DNA of 61,442 bases, filler included. It is 11 parts of 11 records of this genome, joined end to end, with 100 filler letters (N's around TTAATTAATTAA, not from the genome) between each part and the next. Parts side by side here need not be neighbours in the genome. Positions count along the whole stretch, not along the records: positions 27,705 to 36,416 come from SRR7504441_16106; positions 36,517 to 39,994 come from SRR7504441_16116; positions 40,095 to 44,705 come from SRR7504441_16134; positions 44,806 to 53,294 come from SRR7504441_16152; 7 more parts are not named here. One strand, written 5' to 3'. Positions 36,087 to 47,008 of the stretch are shown here, piece after piece. The notes under the pieces are model-generated. The model worked only from the letters and a program-made list of their open reading frames with translations, was not told the origin of the DNA and ran no database searches. The position numbers and the translations under genes are program-made. Position 1 is the stretch's first letter. Every line of letters starts with the position of its first letter.

Positions 36087-36416
36087 TCCTTGGCGCGAGC
36101 CAATTCGCAGCATTATTCGTCTCGTCGTGAAGAGCCGGTCGAAGACGGACTGTAAATTATTCAACACTTGGAACTCGAGGACGACTGGACGACCCCGAGA
36201 GCTTGACATGGTGAACATGGAGCTTGCACGATTCTGTTTTCTGCGGCTACTAAATCAGATCTCCTGCTAGATCTTGGCCCATAGCTGTGCGCTATGATAC
36301 ATAGGCGCTGATTGTTGCCATGTTACCCGCTCTTTTGCCCACGCTCGGATTTTATGCCGATTTTGCTCGTTTCCTTTCAATCGCGCCGCGAGCGCTTCGT
36401 CTTGGGTCTAGGCACT

Positions 36417-36516
36417 NNNNNNNNNNNNNNNNNNNNNNNNNNNNNNNNNNNNNNNNNNNNTTAATTAATTAANNNNNNNNNNNNNNNNNNNNNNNNNNNN
36501 NNNNNNNNNNNNNNNN
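36417..36516. other. Artificial contig spacer
   Basis: 44 N + TTAATTAATTAA + 44 N. Confidence 0.97.
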
Positions 36517-37043
36517 TGGAGTAAGCCTATTGTAATCAAGCTACTCGAGCCGATCGCAACACACAAGACGATCGAAGTCCGAGAAAATTCACCCCCTAAG
36601 AAAATTTGCACAGACGATCCGACCTAAAAGTCTACTAAGCTTAGAAAATCGCACTAGCATCACTAGCCCTAGACACTGGAGCCCACGGCATCAAAGCCTT
36701 GCGTGACACAGGCTCGGGTCCTGTCTCGGTCTCGAGCATGACCTCGGGTAGACCTGCTGCAAATTATTATATTACATGATTTGGATTATTGTATCGATGT
36801 ATAAAGCCCTTGAGCTCTCCACGGTTCCCCCCGCACGATCTCGAGGCTCCGGAAGTTGAATGAATAAGATCACATGTATTTTCTAAAGTGCATCTAAAGT
36901 ACATCGAGGCGCATACGACCGATGTCATTGGTGTATACACCTCATTCTAATGTCATTGGTGATGAGTAACAAACCTCCGAGCGACAGCAGCATGCACGAC
37001 TATCCGGCAGCCTGTCGACACCCGAGCTCGATCGCTGGTAGAT

Positions 37044-37756
37044 CTAGATCGATTGCATCTGAGGCTCGACGTCCCCCTTTGTCGAGCCGATTGGCGCTGG
37101 AGGCTGCAGTACAGGATGCGGAGCCGTGTACCCGAACGCGTCTTCGCCCGTGGCGCCTGCGACCTCGGGGTCAGCCAAACCATGCCAGGGGCCACCTAGA
37201 GGGCACCTTGCGGGACGTAGTACTCGCCGGCAGGAGCGGGCCGCTCGCGGTAGACGAGCCGCTCGCGGTAGACCGGCACTTCGACGCGACGGTAGACCGG
37301 GTAGGTCGACCAGTCGGGGGTCCAGGAGACCATGATGATGATCCAGCAGAAGCAGATGAAGAAGATGAACACCAGCCACCAAGCCTCCCAGCCGTACCCG
37401 TAGTAGTAGTTGTCGCAGCACCAGTTGTTCCAGTTGTTGCTGTTGTTGCAATCGATGTTGTTGCAGTTGTTGTTGTTGTTCCAGTTGTTGTTGCGCCGGC
37501 GCCGGCCTTGGTTGGTTCCCCAGTTGTTGTCGACGCCGAGGCAGATCACCGCGATGAGTAGCCCGACCACACAGATGCACAGAGCCACCGAGATGATCAT
37601 CCACCAGTTGACGTCCGACCAGCTGTTCTTCTTCTTCTTCTTCTTCTTGTCCTCGGGACACGGCGGGGGCGGCTCCTCATCTACCACCGCGGCGTAGTCC
37701 GCGCCCTCATTGTCCTGCCCCTCGAGCATTGGCTCGCGCAACTCGGTCTCAGCCAT
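37044..37756 (-). CDS. Two-TM protein with Asn/Cys-rich loop (WBP1/Shisa-like motif)
   Basis: Poly-Lys, TM1, NNNWNNNNNCNNIDC...CCDNYYYGYGWEAWWLVFIFFICFC; a 50-nt intron gives last exon ...EPQMQSI*. Confidence 0.6.
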
Positions 37757-37852
37757 TTGCTGTTGAGATGAGCGTCGATCGGTGTTGAGATTCGAAACAA
37801 CGGATGAATCCGTTATAACGGACAAATCGCGTCTCAAAGACCGAGCTACAGC

Positions 37853-38893
37853 ATGGGGTGCGGGGGCAGTAGCGAAGCGGAACGGGCGGCAGAGCGGGAG
37901 TGGCGCAGAAAGGTCGACGAGAAAGCGCGGCAGGAGAAGCAGCGGCTCGAAGATTGGCGCCAGGAGCAGGTGCAGCAGAGGCAGGCCCAGCGGGTGGAGG
38001 ACCGGGCCACCGTCGCAGCCACTCCGGGCTGGCTGGTGCCCATCGACGCGCACCAACCGGCCCGGACGGGCGGGCCCGAGCCCACAAAGTGCTTCGTCCG
38101 GGGGAAGGGCGACACCATGGTCGAGTCCGAGTTCAGCGGCCACGTGGAGAAGAGCGAGGGCTATAGGTCAAAGTATGGGGACAAATCGTGCTGGGAGGCC
38201 GAGAAGGTGTTCGAGGCCACGTGCACCACCAAGACAATCAGCTCCTTCCGGGGCTGGGTGGAGTACGAGTTTGAGATGGAGCAAGCCGAAGAGCGCGCGC
38301 TGGTCTGCATTCACTACGAGACGGAGGATCTGCGGGAGCTCAACTTGTACCTGAACGGCTCTCTGCTGTGCGAGGTGTATGCGGCCAAGCGGACGATCCA
38401 GGAGAATATGTGGGTGTGCGGCGCCCCGAAGGCGTATTGGGATAGTTTTCCGATTGCTGTGCATGCTGGGACGAACGTGCTGCGGCTTGAGACGCAGCCA
38501 GTCCCTGAATTTGTGACGGAGCAGTGGATATCGAGCCATGAGAAAGCCGACGCATCGTCAGCGAGATACGACCGCCAATCGCTCGATTCGCCAGATATCT
38601 ACAACCTGTGTGTGTTCAGCCAGCGCGTCAAGCCGGTCACTTTGAACCTATCCAACGGCCAGTTTGGCCCGGATGTGCAGAGTGCGCTGCGAGTTCACAC
38701 CGACTTTAAATTCTGGGAGCATCTGACCGATCATGTCAAAGAAGATGCGAAGGACCCCGAGGTAGCGAGGAACGCGCTGATAGGCCAGCGCGCCGCAAAG
38801 AGGAGGGAGGAGGAGGAGGCGTACAGCAAGCTGATGAAACAGATCGCACAAGATGCACAAGATGATCGCAGGGGGTTTCACCAACGCTGGTAG
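37853..38893 (+). CDS. N-acylated (MGCGGS) hypothetical protein with beta-sandwich/CBM-like region
   Basis: 346-aa uninterrupted ORF; myristoylation/palmitoylation-type start, coiled coil, GWVEYEF...LNLYLNG...VHAGTNVLRL. Confidence 0.7.
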   Translation: MGCGGSSEAERAAEREWRRKVDEKARQEKQRLEDWRQEQVQQRQAQRVEDRATVAATPGWLVPIDAHQPARTGGPEPTKCFVRGKGDTMVESEFSGHVEKSEGYRSKYGDKSCWEAEKVFEATCTTKTISSFRGWVEYEFEMEQAEERALVCIHYETEDLRELNLYLNGSLLCEVYAAKRTIQENMWVCGAPKAYWDSFPIAVHAGTNVLRLETQPVPEFVTEQWISSHEKADASSARYDRQSLDSPDIYNLCVFSQRVKPVTLNLSNGQFGPDVQSALRVHTDFKFWEHLTDHVKEDAKDPEVARNALIGQRAAKRREEEEAYSKLMKQIAQDAQDDRRGFHQRW

Positions 38894-39274
38894 CCACGCT
38901 TGCGGTATGAAATACGGCCTGTGTATGTGTCGCACAATGTCATGGCATTGTTCAGTGACTAGAATCGTGATTACAGACGAAATAATTATGAGGCCAGTTG
39001 ACCAATTTAGCGCTAGCTCATTATGCCGGCTATCATTATGCAATCATGAATGTAGTCTTCGTCCGTTATAATGATATAATTCTGTACAAAGGGACCGGGG
39101 TGAGCTTTTGCGGATCAGCGAGCATTCTCGCAAGCTACGCGAGTAAAGCGTTGTATACGTAATTATAATGCAGCGCGCATCAACATCGCTCGCCGTCGCG
39201 GTCAGCTGAAGGAAAATCCGTTACAGAGCCATAAACAGACCGCCGCACAGTGTGCTGACAGGGGGTCGGCGGCG

Positions 39275-39994
39275 ATGCCGATGTACCCGGAGCTGGCCAG
39301 CCTGCCGAGCTCGCTCGAGCCGGAGCTGCCCGCCCGGCCGCCTGACTGCGGACGCTGCCCAGACAATAGGTCGGCTGGCCCAGGGCCTGACCAACAGCGA
39401 GCACGCCACCGTCTACACTGTAGAGACGGTGGGCGGCAAGACTGTGCTCGAGCGTACCTGGGGCTCGGTCAGGGGCAATGTGCAGGCAGAGATCAACCAA
39501 TCGAGCCTTGCTGGCTGGGCGGTGCACCATGGAGAAGTGGTTAGCTGCGAAAGCCCGGGCACTGATCCCCGGTATAACTCAGATATAGACGCATATGGGA
39601 CACACGCCATGGCTGTACTGGCCCTGCCGATTCGGGATCGGCATGCGGACAAGGTGCTCGGTGTGGTGCTCGTGCTAAACCAGAAAAAGGCTCACTTTGG
39701 CACGTTCCTCAAGGGCCACCAGGAAGTATTGAACATGGTTGTCGCCTTGAGTGAGTTGGCTTTAGCATCGCTCAGACGCCAGCAGATCAGCCAGACTGGT
39801 CTGGAGCAGGCAAGCCAATTTGTGGCAGAGGTCACCTCAATGTTGGCCGAGAGCGACCACGACCTCTTGCGAGGCGGTCTCAGCCGTCTGGATCGGATGC
39901 GGAATCTGCTCGAAGTAGAGTCCATATCAGTATATCTGCACAACCCAATTGACCAAAAGCTGCACCGCAAGCTGCATACACGAGCGGATGGAGC
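39275..39994 (+). CDS. GAF-domain protein (3' truncated; start uncertain)
   Basis: SLAGWAVHHGEVV...DPRYNSDID...VLALPIRD...VLGVVLVLNQK; a second GAF begins before the contig edge. Confidence 0.75.
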
Positions 39995-40094
39995 NNNNNN
40001 NNNNNNNNNNNNNNNNNNNNNNNNNNNNNNNNNNNNNNTTAATTAATTAANNNNNNNNNNNNNNNNNNNNNNNNNNNNNNNNNNNNNNNNNNNN
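39995..40094. other. Artificial contig spacer
   Basis: 44 N + TTAATTAATTAA + 44 N. Confidence 0.97.
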
Positions 40095-40932
40095 TGTCAG
40101 CCCGGAGACCAGGCCAGCTGTCAGTCCAAAGTCTCAGCCTGTCGATCGGCCTGTCGAGGCCCGGAAGCCCCTCCAGATGCGCAACCCGAACCGACCGCTC
40201 CCGAAAGGTGTGGCCGGGCCGGCAGCTCGGTATTGACAGCCTGGGCAGCGGCACGCAAGCCACAGGAGTTAGACTGGACTGGAGTGAAGACTGAACAGCC
40301 ACAGTTCTATGAGAGGAAAATGTCCACGCAAGTAGACAAGCTGATGATGGCAGTCGAGTGAGCGCCGGGCCCGAGCCGGGCCGAGCTGGGCTTGCAGTGG
40401 GGCGCTCGAGCTCGTGACCCCTTACCAACTCAAACAGCTCCAGTCGAGGGTGCGAATCGGCTGATACAGTGGTTGAGCCCGAGGGTTCAGGTGCTGAGAG
40501 AGAAGCCAGCCATAGCCATGCCGCTGCTCGCGGCGCTGTGCATCGTGATTGGACATCCGGAGCCAGAGAGCTGGTCTGGTGGGTGGGCCACTGACTGCGT
40601 GCTGAGAGTCAAGGTGTGCAGAACTGGAGGGCTTGTTGCTCAGACCAGCAGCGCTCAAAAGGGCGATGCGCCAGCCCCGGTGTGGGGTTACGGGGAGGCC
40701 GGGATTGATTTTGGCCGGCAGTGAGGATCAGCTAGAGCCTGGGATGCTGGCAAGGCTCACCCAACTGACTCGCCGTCTCAAGTCGATGGACTATTATCAG
40801 GCATCCTGATCATGCGTGCTAACGAGATTTACTTAGCGGCTGGCTCTGGGTGTGCTGAGGCTCGCGTGGCAGCTGCGGTCGATCAATGCCGTGGCCAACT
40901 GGTTGGAAGCGTACGAACGCGTGGCAGCGTGA
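40095..40932 (+). CDS. 3' part of a multi-exon hypothetical gene; weak resemblance to a dynein microtubule-binding domain
   Basis: Series of ~40-nt GT-AG introns keeps a frame open: LKQLQSRVLREKP...LAALCIVIGHPEPESWSEL. End not resolved. Confidence 0.3.
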
Positions 40933-41228
40933 GTGCCTGGCTTTATAACCAGCCCTTGTGGTCCTTTGGCTGAGACCAGCTGTGCAGTTATCGTGCGGAG
41001 CATAGTGCCAGGAATCGTCGAAGCACTGCGGTGCGCGAGGTCGAGGCGTGCTGATGAGTTTAGTTAGATTTGAGCTTAGAAGTAACTTGTTGACGATTCC
41101 GAGTTTGAGTTCCGACCTGGTCATGACTGACTTGCATGGCGGATCGGTGCTAGAGCGGTGACATGGCGGTGGGCACTATAGTTGTACAGTACAATTTATT
41201 TGAATTATTCTAGTTCGAAAGTTCTATT

Positions 41229-43953
41229 CTATTTGTTGCCTCTCATCCAAGATCTAATGTCAGTGAGTGGAGAGTTGTACGTCCTTTTGACGGCAGTGAA
41301 TCCGACTGACCATTTCATTAAGAGCAGTAGAGCGAGCGTAAGCACTACGGACGCCACCCAAAAGAAGACATAGCCCCATCTCCAACTGAGCTCTGGCATG
41401 TTGGGCACCATCGTGCCTTCTGCATCGGGCTTCACAAAATTCATCCCGTACAAGCCAGTGAGCACTTGCATTGGAATGATTGAGGTTGTAACCAGGGTAA
41501 GAAAATAAAGCGTATCGTTCATCTGCTGATCTTGCCTCGCCGCGCACTGGTCTAGCAAACTCTTGTGCTCGTCTAACAAGACTTGACTGGCTGTGATCAG
41601 TTCATTAAGGTCCTCTCGCAGGATCGCGTTCTCGTTGAGAATGTCACGGAAGACCGGCCGCATTCTAGACAAGGAGTCGTTCTCTATCAACTGTTCCAAG
41701 AATTGGTAAACTGGCCGCAACGTCCGCGCAATCTTTTTAGCTTTCCGTATTAAGCGGCGGAGCGTATCTGTCAGCAGACTCATTGGGTCATGACATGGTG
41801 GAACGCACCAGTGAAATATTTATCCAGCTCATCTCCGTAGTATCGCAACAGCAGCGTGATTGTCTCTACCTTGGTTGCCAACGCATCCGCTACTACACCA
41901 TACCTGTCCACACAGCTCGTGACGAGACCCGGGCGGAGCCGACCCGTCGATGCCGATCGCGAGCAGCTGGGCAGCCAGGGGCAGCACATCCCCTCCATTT
42001 CTAATGCGAGAGCCCTGTGCCTTGATCAGCTTGACGGCCTTTTCGAAGAAGTCTCGGTCTGGCTGTCCGCTGCCTGTTGTGGATGGCATCCAGGGGTAGT
42101 CGTCCTTTGGCGGCACAGTGTCGTCTTCTACCAGCGATGAGCTGAACTTACACCAGGGCCCTGCCCACGGTCAGCTCCAGCAGAGCCTGGCTGCCACCTT
42201 CAAACGATATGAGGGAGGGCCCGCCATGATTCTCTTGACAGTAATGCCGATGCTCGTCACAGTGCGGGCTGCCAGAGGTCGGGACCAGCAGGCAAACCCA
42301 CGAGAGGTCCAGGTGCAGCGACAGCTTGCACGGGTGAGCCCACCTGCCACATGTTAGCAGCCGCTGTGCTGCGCCGCACCGCTCATCTTGCATCATCAGC
42401 TCAGTCAGCTCAGTCATCCGCTTTTGCGAGTCCGGGTTCTCCAGGTGGCTGTGGGACGCCTCGGGCTCTGTCAGTCGTCTGAGCTCCTCCTCCCGGGTCC
42501 AGGGTCCAATCGAGGCACTGTTGCCACGCCCTTCGGAATCGGCAGGCCCTCGCTTTGTGAGCGAATCTCGTGAAGTCATCAGCTCCATACACCACTGGTC
42601 CATCTAGCCGCACACTCAGCCGCCCCGGTCCCGGGCCAGTTTGCCTTAAGTTTGAGTAGTCCAGCCGTCTGAGGCGCATCCACGTCAGGACCGGACATTG
42701 AAGCAATGTCCAGCAGCCGCTGCCTCGCCACGTGCAAATCATGCATATCGTCCTGCCCAACCGTCAGGCCGGCCGGAGCTAGCGGGAGACGTCTGACAGC
42801 CTGAGCAGCGGGAGCATAACTTGTAGCAAATCGACAGTATCGTGCTCATTCTCCGTGGTCCACCACTCGATTCTGGCGTTGGTCTTCTGGCCCTTCATGC
42901 TCAGAACGTCCTCCATAATCAGCGGATGGATCCCGTACCGCAGCCCAATCGTCACGACCACCTCCTTGCTGTTGCCCTTGGACCTCACCCAGTGCAGTGC
43001 ACCGCTCGCTGAGGAATTACTCATAAAATCCTGGTAAGATTTGGGCCCGTCGTAAGGCCTCAGGCTCTCCTTAGTCTGACTCGACCACATCTTCCTAGCC
43101 GCGTGCTGGAACAGCGTGTGCTTGCTCACATACGCACCACTCCTGCGAGCCTGCTGATCGCTTGCAGCCCCCAGAGGGAGCTGCACATCCCAATTCCAAC
43201 GGTCAAACGTGATCAGCCCTATCTGCTGCCTGTCGTGCAGGATATCGAACAGCGAGCCATAGTGTTTCCCGTCAGGCACTGCCGACCGCCAGCCTCGCTC
43301 CTTCCACTCGTAGTGCACCATCATTCGCATGGCAGCATCAAACTCGGCAAACTCGATCTTCTCCTCCAGTCCAGACTCGCCCTCCAGCTGCCATGGGCCC
43401 TAACCCCAGCCCACACCAGGCAGGCGGCACACCTTGAGATTAAAGTAATTAAAAAGCCGCTCCTCCAGCGGCTCCTTGTCGCCGTCATCGAGCAGGTGCT
43501 CCTTGTCCAGCTTGGCTCGTTCCACCAGCGCCCTGAACTGGGCGTGGCTGATAAAGCGGTCCTCATCCGTCCCCGGGCTGGCCCCGTCCGCCGGCGTGCT
43601 CAGCTGGTAGAAGGTGCCCCAGATCTGCCCGCCCCTGCTCGGCCCGCCCGGCCCGCCCGGCCTCGCCTTCTCGTAGGATAGATCCCATTGGTCGAGCTCC
43701 CACTCCCATTCCCACTCGTGCTCGTGCTGCGAGTTGACGGTCGAGGCTCGGCTGCGCGGTCCGCGCGGGCTTTCTGGGCTGTGCGGCGCCGGAGCGAACG
43801 GGCCAGCCACCGCGGGAGAGGCGGAGATGTACTTGAGGTCGTAGTACAGCCCTGGCCCTGGGCTAGGCCAGCCGAGAGGGCTGGGACACCGTCGAGCTCG
43901 GCGTGCTTCTGCTCGCTCTGGTTGATGAAGTCGCGCGCAAGTGTCCGCCGCAT
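41229..43953 (-). CDS. CorA-family Mg2+ transporter with N-terminal EF-hand-like region
   Basis: YGIHPLIMEDV; MNDTLYFLTLVT...LTGLYGMNF...MPELSWRWGY plus second TM; exons splice in frame. Confidence 0.85.
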
Positions 43954-44017
43954 CGTGTGCAGGCGGCCTTCTTGGATCTGAGGTAACGGAACACTCAAGA
44001 GCCCTTCGGCGGCCGGT

Positions 44018-44705
44018 ATGGGCTGGGCCGCCGGGCTCTTCGCAGTGAGCTGCGTGGCGCTCTGTGCGGCCCTGTGGACCCCAGTGGCCCGGCTGCTGCG
44101 TATCTGGTACGTCCCGCCACTTCGCCCAGCCCCGGCGGCTCAGCAGCCTGCGATCCGCCTCGGCGTGCTCGCCGCCTCGGGCGTGTCGCGATTCGCAGTG
44201 CTGGCGCCCTCCCGTCGGGTATCGGCGGTCCAACTGGTGGCGGTGGCGGCGCGTGACGGGGAGAAGGCCTGGCGATACGCGGCGCGCTATCAGATTTCTG
44301 GGGTGCACACCGGGTACGCACCGCTGCTGGCCGATCCCAAGGTGCAAGCTGTCTACATCTCGGTGCCGTCGACTCTGCACGTCGCAGTGGCCCGGCAGGC
44401 GCTCCAGGCCGGCAAGCACGTACTGCTGGAGAAGCCCGGCGGGCTCTCGGCGGCTGCGCTGGCCGGACTTAGCGAGACGGCGCGCGAGCGGGGTCTTGTG
44501 TTGTTCGTGGGGTACATGTGGCGGTCTCACCACGCGGCTAGCCGAGTTCGGGCCCTCCTCGGTCGGATTGGCCGGGTGCGCGCGGTGCGTGTGCGGTTTT
44601 CGGTGTTTGGGGGCTGGTCTGCTGGCTCTGTAGTGAAGCTGCTAGATAGAGTGTGCTACTGCGTAGATGTGGCCCAGATGATGTTTGCAGAGACAGATCG
44701 GATAA
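44018..44705 (+). CDS. Gfo/Idh/MocA oxidoreductase with N-terminal hydrophobic anchor (3' truncated)
   Basis: IRLGVL, LVAVAARD, LLADPKVQAVYISVP..LH, GKHVLLEKP. Confidence 0.9.
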
Positions 44706-44805
44706 NNNNNNNNNNNNNNNNNNNNNNNNNNNNNNNNNNNNNNNNNNNNTTAATTAATTAANNNNNNNNNNNNNNNNNNNNNNNNNNNNNNNNNNNNNNN
44801 NNNNN
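44706..44805. other. Artificial contig spacer
   Basis: 44 N + TTAATTAATTAA + 44 N. Confidence 0.97.
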
Positions 44806-45719
44806 CGCAATGTCGCAGTGGCTACCAATAGACACAGTGTGGAAGCGCAGTGTGTCAGTACCGCCACTGGAAGTAATGCAGAAGTCTGCTCCGCTTCATA
44901 GCGCACGAGCGGCTCCCAGTACGTTGGCAGCTTCCAGTAGTCCTGAACATCAGGCTCGACGAATAGCACCCCGTAACCGAGCTTTGCCATGCGCTGCACC
45001 GCCTCCCGCATCTCGGCCGCCTGCGGGGCGCCCTCCACTACGCCTGCGAATGCGCCTCTGTCGTGCTGCGACCAATTGAACAAATGCGCCGCTGCCGTCT
45101 GCCTACGAAGCTCGGCAAGCGTGCTCTCGAAAGCGTTCACCCGGAGCAGGCCGCCCTGCAGGTGCGCTTCCAGGAACTGCGGGACTGATGGGTTAATCAT
45201 CAGCTTCCGATCGGCGTCGCCTTGCCTTGCTGTCGCGTACAGCTCCCTAAAGAACGGCAGCCGGTCGGGGTCGCTCATGTCGTTAGTTGCCAGGTCCATG
45301 TAGATGCCGTCTCCAGAGGCGTTCGGCGAGGATGCGAGCGCAGTGTGCACGAATCGTGAAATGTTAGCCAGGCTGTTGCAGCAAACCGGCGGACCGGTGG
45401 CGGGAACCGGCACCTGCTGCGCCGGGATGTAGTGATAGACGGCCACCCCCGCCTGTCGCAGCAGATCGGGCGCTGCGGCGTTGGCAGACGCGTTGCACAC
45501 GTCGGACGCGGCCTGGAAGTCCCACTGGGAGCATATGGCCACCGATAGGCGCGGCGCTCCCGGTAGTCTGGCCGCCCAGAGCACGCGCTGGGTGTCGGCC
45601 GAGCAGGCCGAGAGCTGTGGGTTATACAGCGGCACGTGGATGGACAATGCGGACTGGGCTGATGCCGTGGCCCAAAGCCCGACGATGGTGGCGGCGATGC
45701 TGCTGAGCGACGCAGGCAT
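44806..45719 (-). CDS. Secreted spherulin-4 (GH135)-like glycoside hydrolase (3' truncated)
   Basis: Signal peptide; VPLYNP, LRQAGVAVYHYI, DGIYMD, MINP, AFE, GYGVLFV, YWKLPTYW. Alternative ATG at 45800. Confidence 0.65.
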
Positions 45720-45971
45720 CAAGATAGTGAGGTCTCTGCGCCTCGGCGAAGTCTCGCAGGTGTCCGTTATCGCTTTCCACTCAGACCACTCGTGATGCAT
45801 GAACCGGACGTCGTATTTTATTTATGTGTTATATTCCGATGTAATTCTAAGTTTGACGGCTCGTGAACTATATGATTGTATCACTCGCTATAGCACTCGC
45901 AACAGCATGATCACCATTCATAATCATCAATAGATCATTGATTAGTGCTCTTGAGCGAAAACAGGCTGCAG

Positions 45972-46465
45972 GTGAGTGGTTCAGCCGACGGCACAGTCCG
46001 GCGGTGGGACATGAGAATGCCGGGCTCCCAGGCGGCCTCAACTATAGAATGCGGGGCCCCGGTGCGCTCTCTCAGCAGGCCGGCGGGCTCAGCGCCTACA
46101 CACAGGTGTCTTCGCTAGCCCAAACTGCAGATGGCCGCACGCTGGTGGTCGGCCTAGCCAGCCCTCGACCTGATGGGGGTGGTTTCTGCGTCGAGCTCGA
46201 CAGCTCGACAGGGCAAGTAGTGAGACACTTCGAGCATCACACTAGCGACTGCCGCTCTGTTGACCTAGCGCCCGGGGACAAGTGGCTGCTGACCGCTTCG
46301 TTTGATGCAACCGTGGGGCTTGTGGACATGCAGCAAGGGGCCCTAGCAGCCCAATGGTTAGAGCATCAAGACCGAGTGGTGCAAGCTTGCTGGAACCCGA
46401 ACGCCCCAGGCTTTCTCACCAGCAGCGCCGACTGCACAGCACGGCTGTGGCAGTCCGAGTCTTAG
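45972..46465 (+). CDS. WDR47: WDR47 homologue, coding block 3 (C-terminal WD40 repeats, stop codon)
   Basis: VSGSADGTVRRWDMR...HHTSDCRSVDLAPGDKWLLTASFD...EHQDRVVQACW...FLTSSADCTARLW*; preceded by an acceptor AG at 45970-45971. Confidence 0.8.
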
Positions 46466-46466
46466 A

Positions 46467-46963
46467 ACGGGAGACCAATTTGTGCTGGGGACCAACTCTA
46501 AGAGCCTACTGGTGTGCGGCGCCACTGGCCAGCCGGAGCTGCCGGTTCACGTGATGCGGTCCGAGCACCACTTTGGGTCGATCTACTGTGTAGCTTGGCA
46601 AGGCAACGTGATCGCGAGTGGTTCCAACGACAAGCTGGTCATTTGCTCAAACGCCCGAGGCTGAGCCGTGGCTAGGTGCGAGTGCTCACGGCCGACCCGA
46701 ATGACATTGACTCGGTCGCCACGGCGGAGTCGAGCGCGCTTGTGGGGCACACCGGCACGGTCGCTGGCGGTGCTGCTGGGCGGCTGAGTGGATGGGTCTA
46801 GGTGCGGTGCGTCAGGTTTGTGCCCGGCTCCGGCTTGCTTGCATCCGGTGGCGCGGGCGATTGCAGAGTGCGTCTTTGGGATGTGGGTCAGGCCTGTGAG
46901 CTCGCCAGCTTCAGAGGACACTCAGACAATGTGCACACGGTCCGGTGCACGCAGCAGGGTTTG
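46467..46963 (+). CDS. WDR47: WDR47 homologue, coding block 2 (first WD40 repeats)
   Basis: TGDQFVLGTNSKSL...HHFGSIYCVAW...ASGSNDK...SGGAGDC...GHSDNV; two internal introns; ends at donor GT 46964; no start codon of its own. Confidence 0.8.
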
Positions 46964-47008
46964 GTGTGTGCCAGGCTCTCCCCCTAGCTCCTCAAAGAAG
47001 TTTGAATG

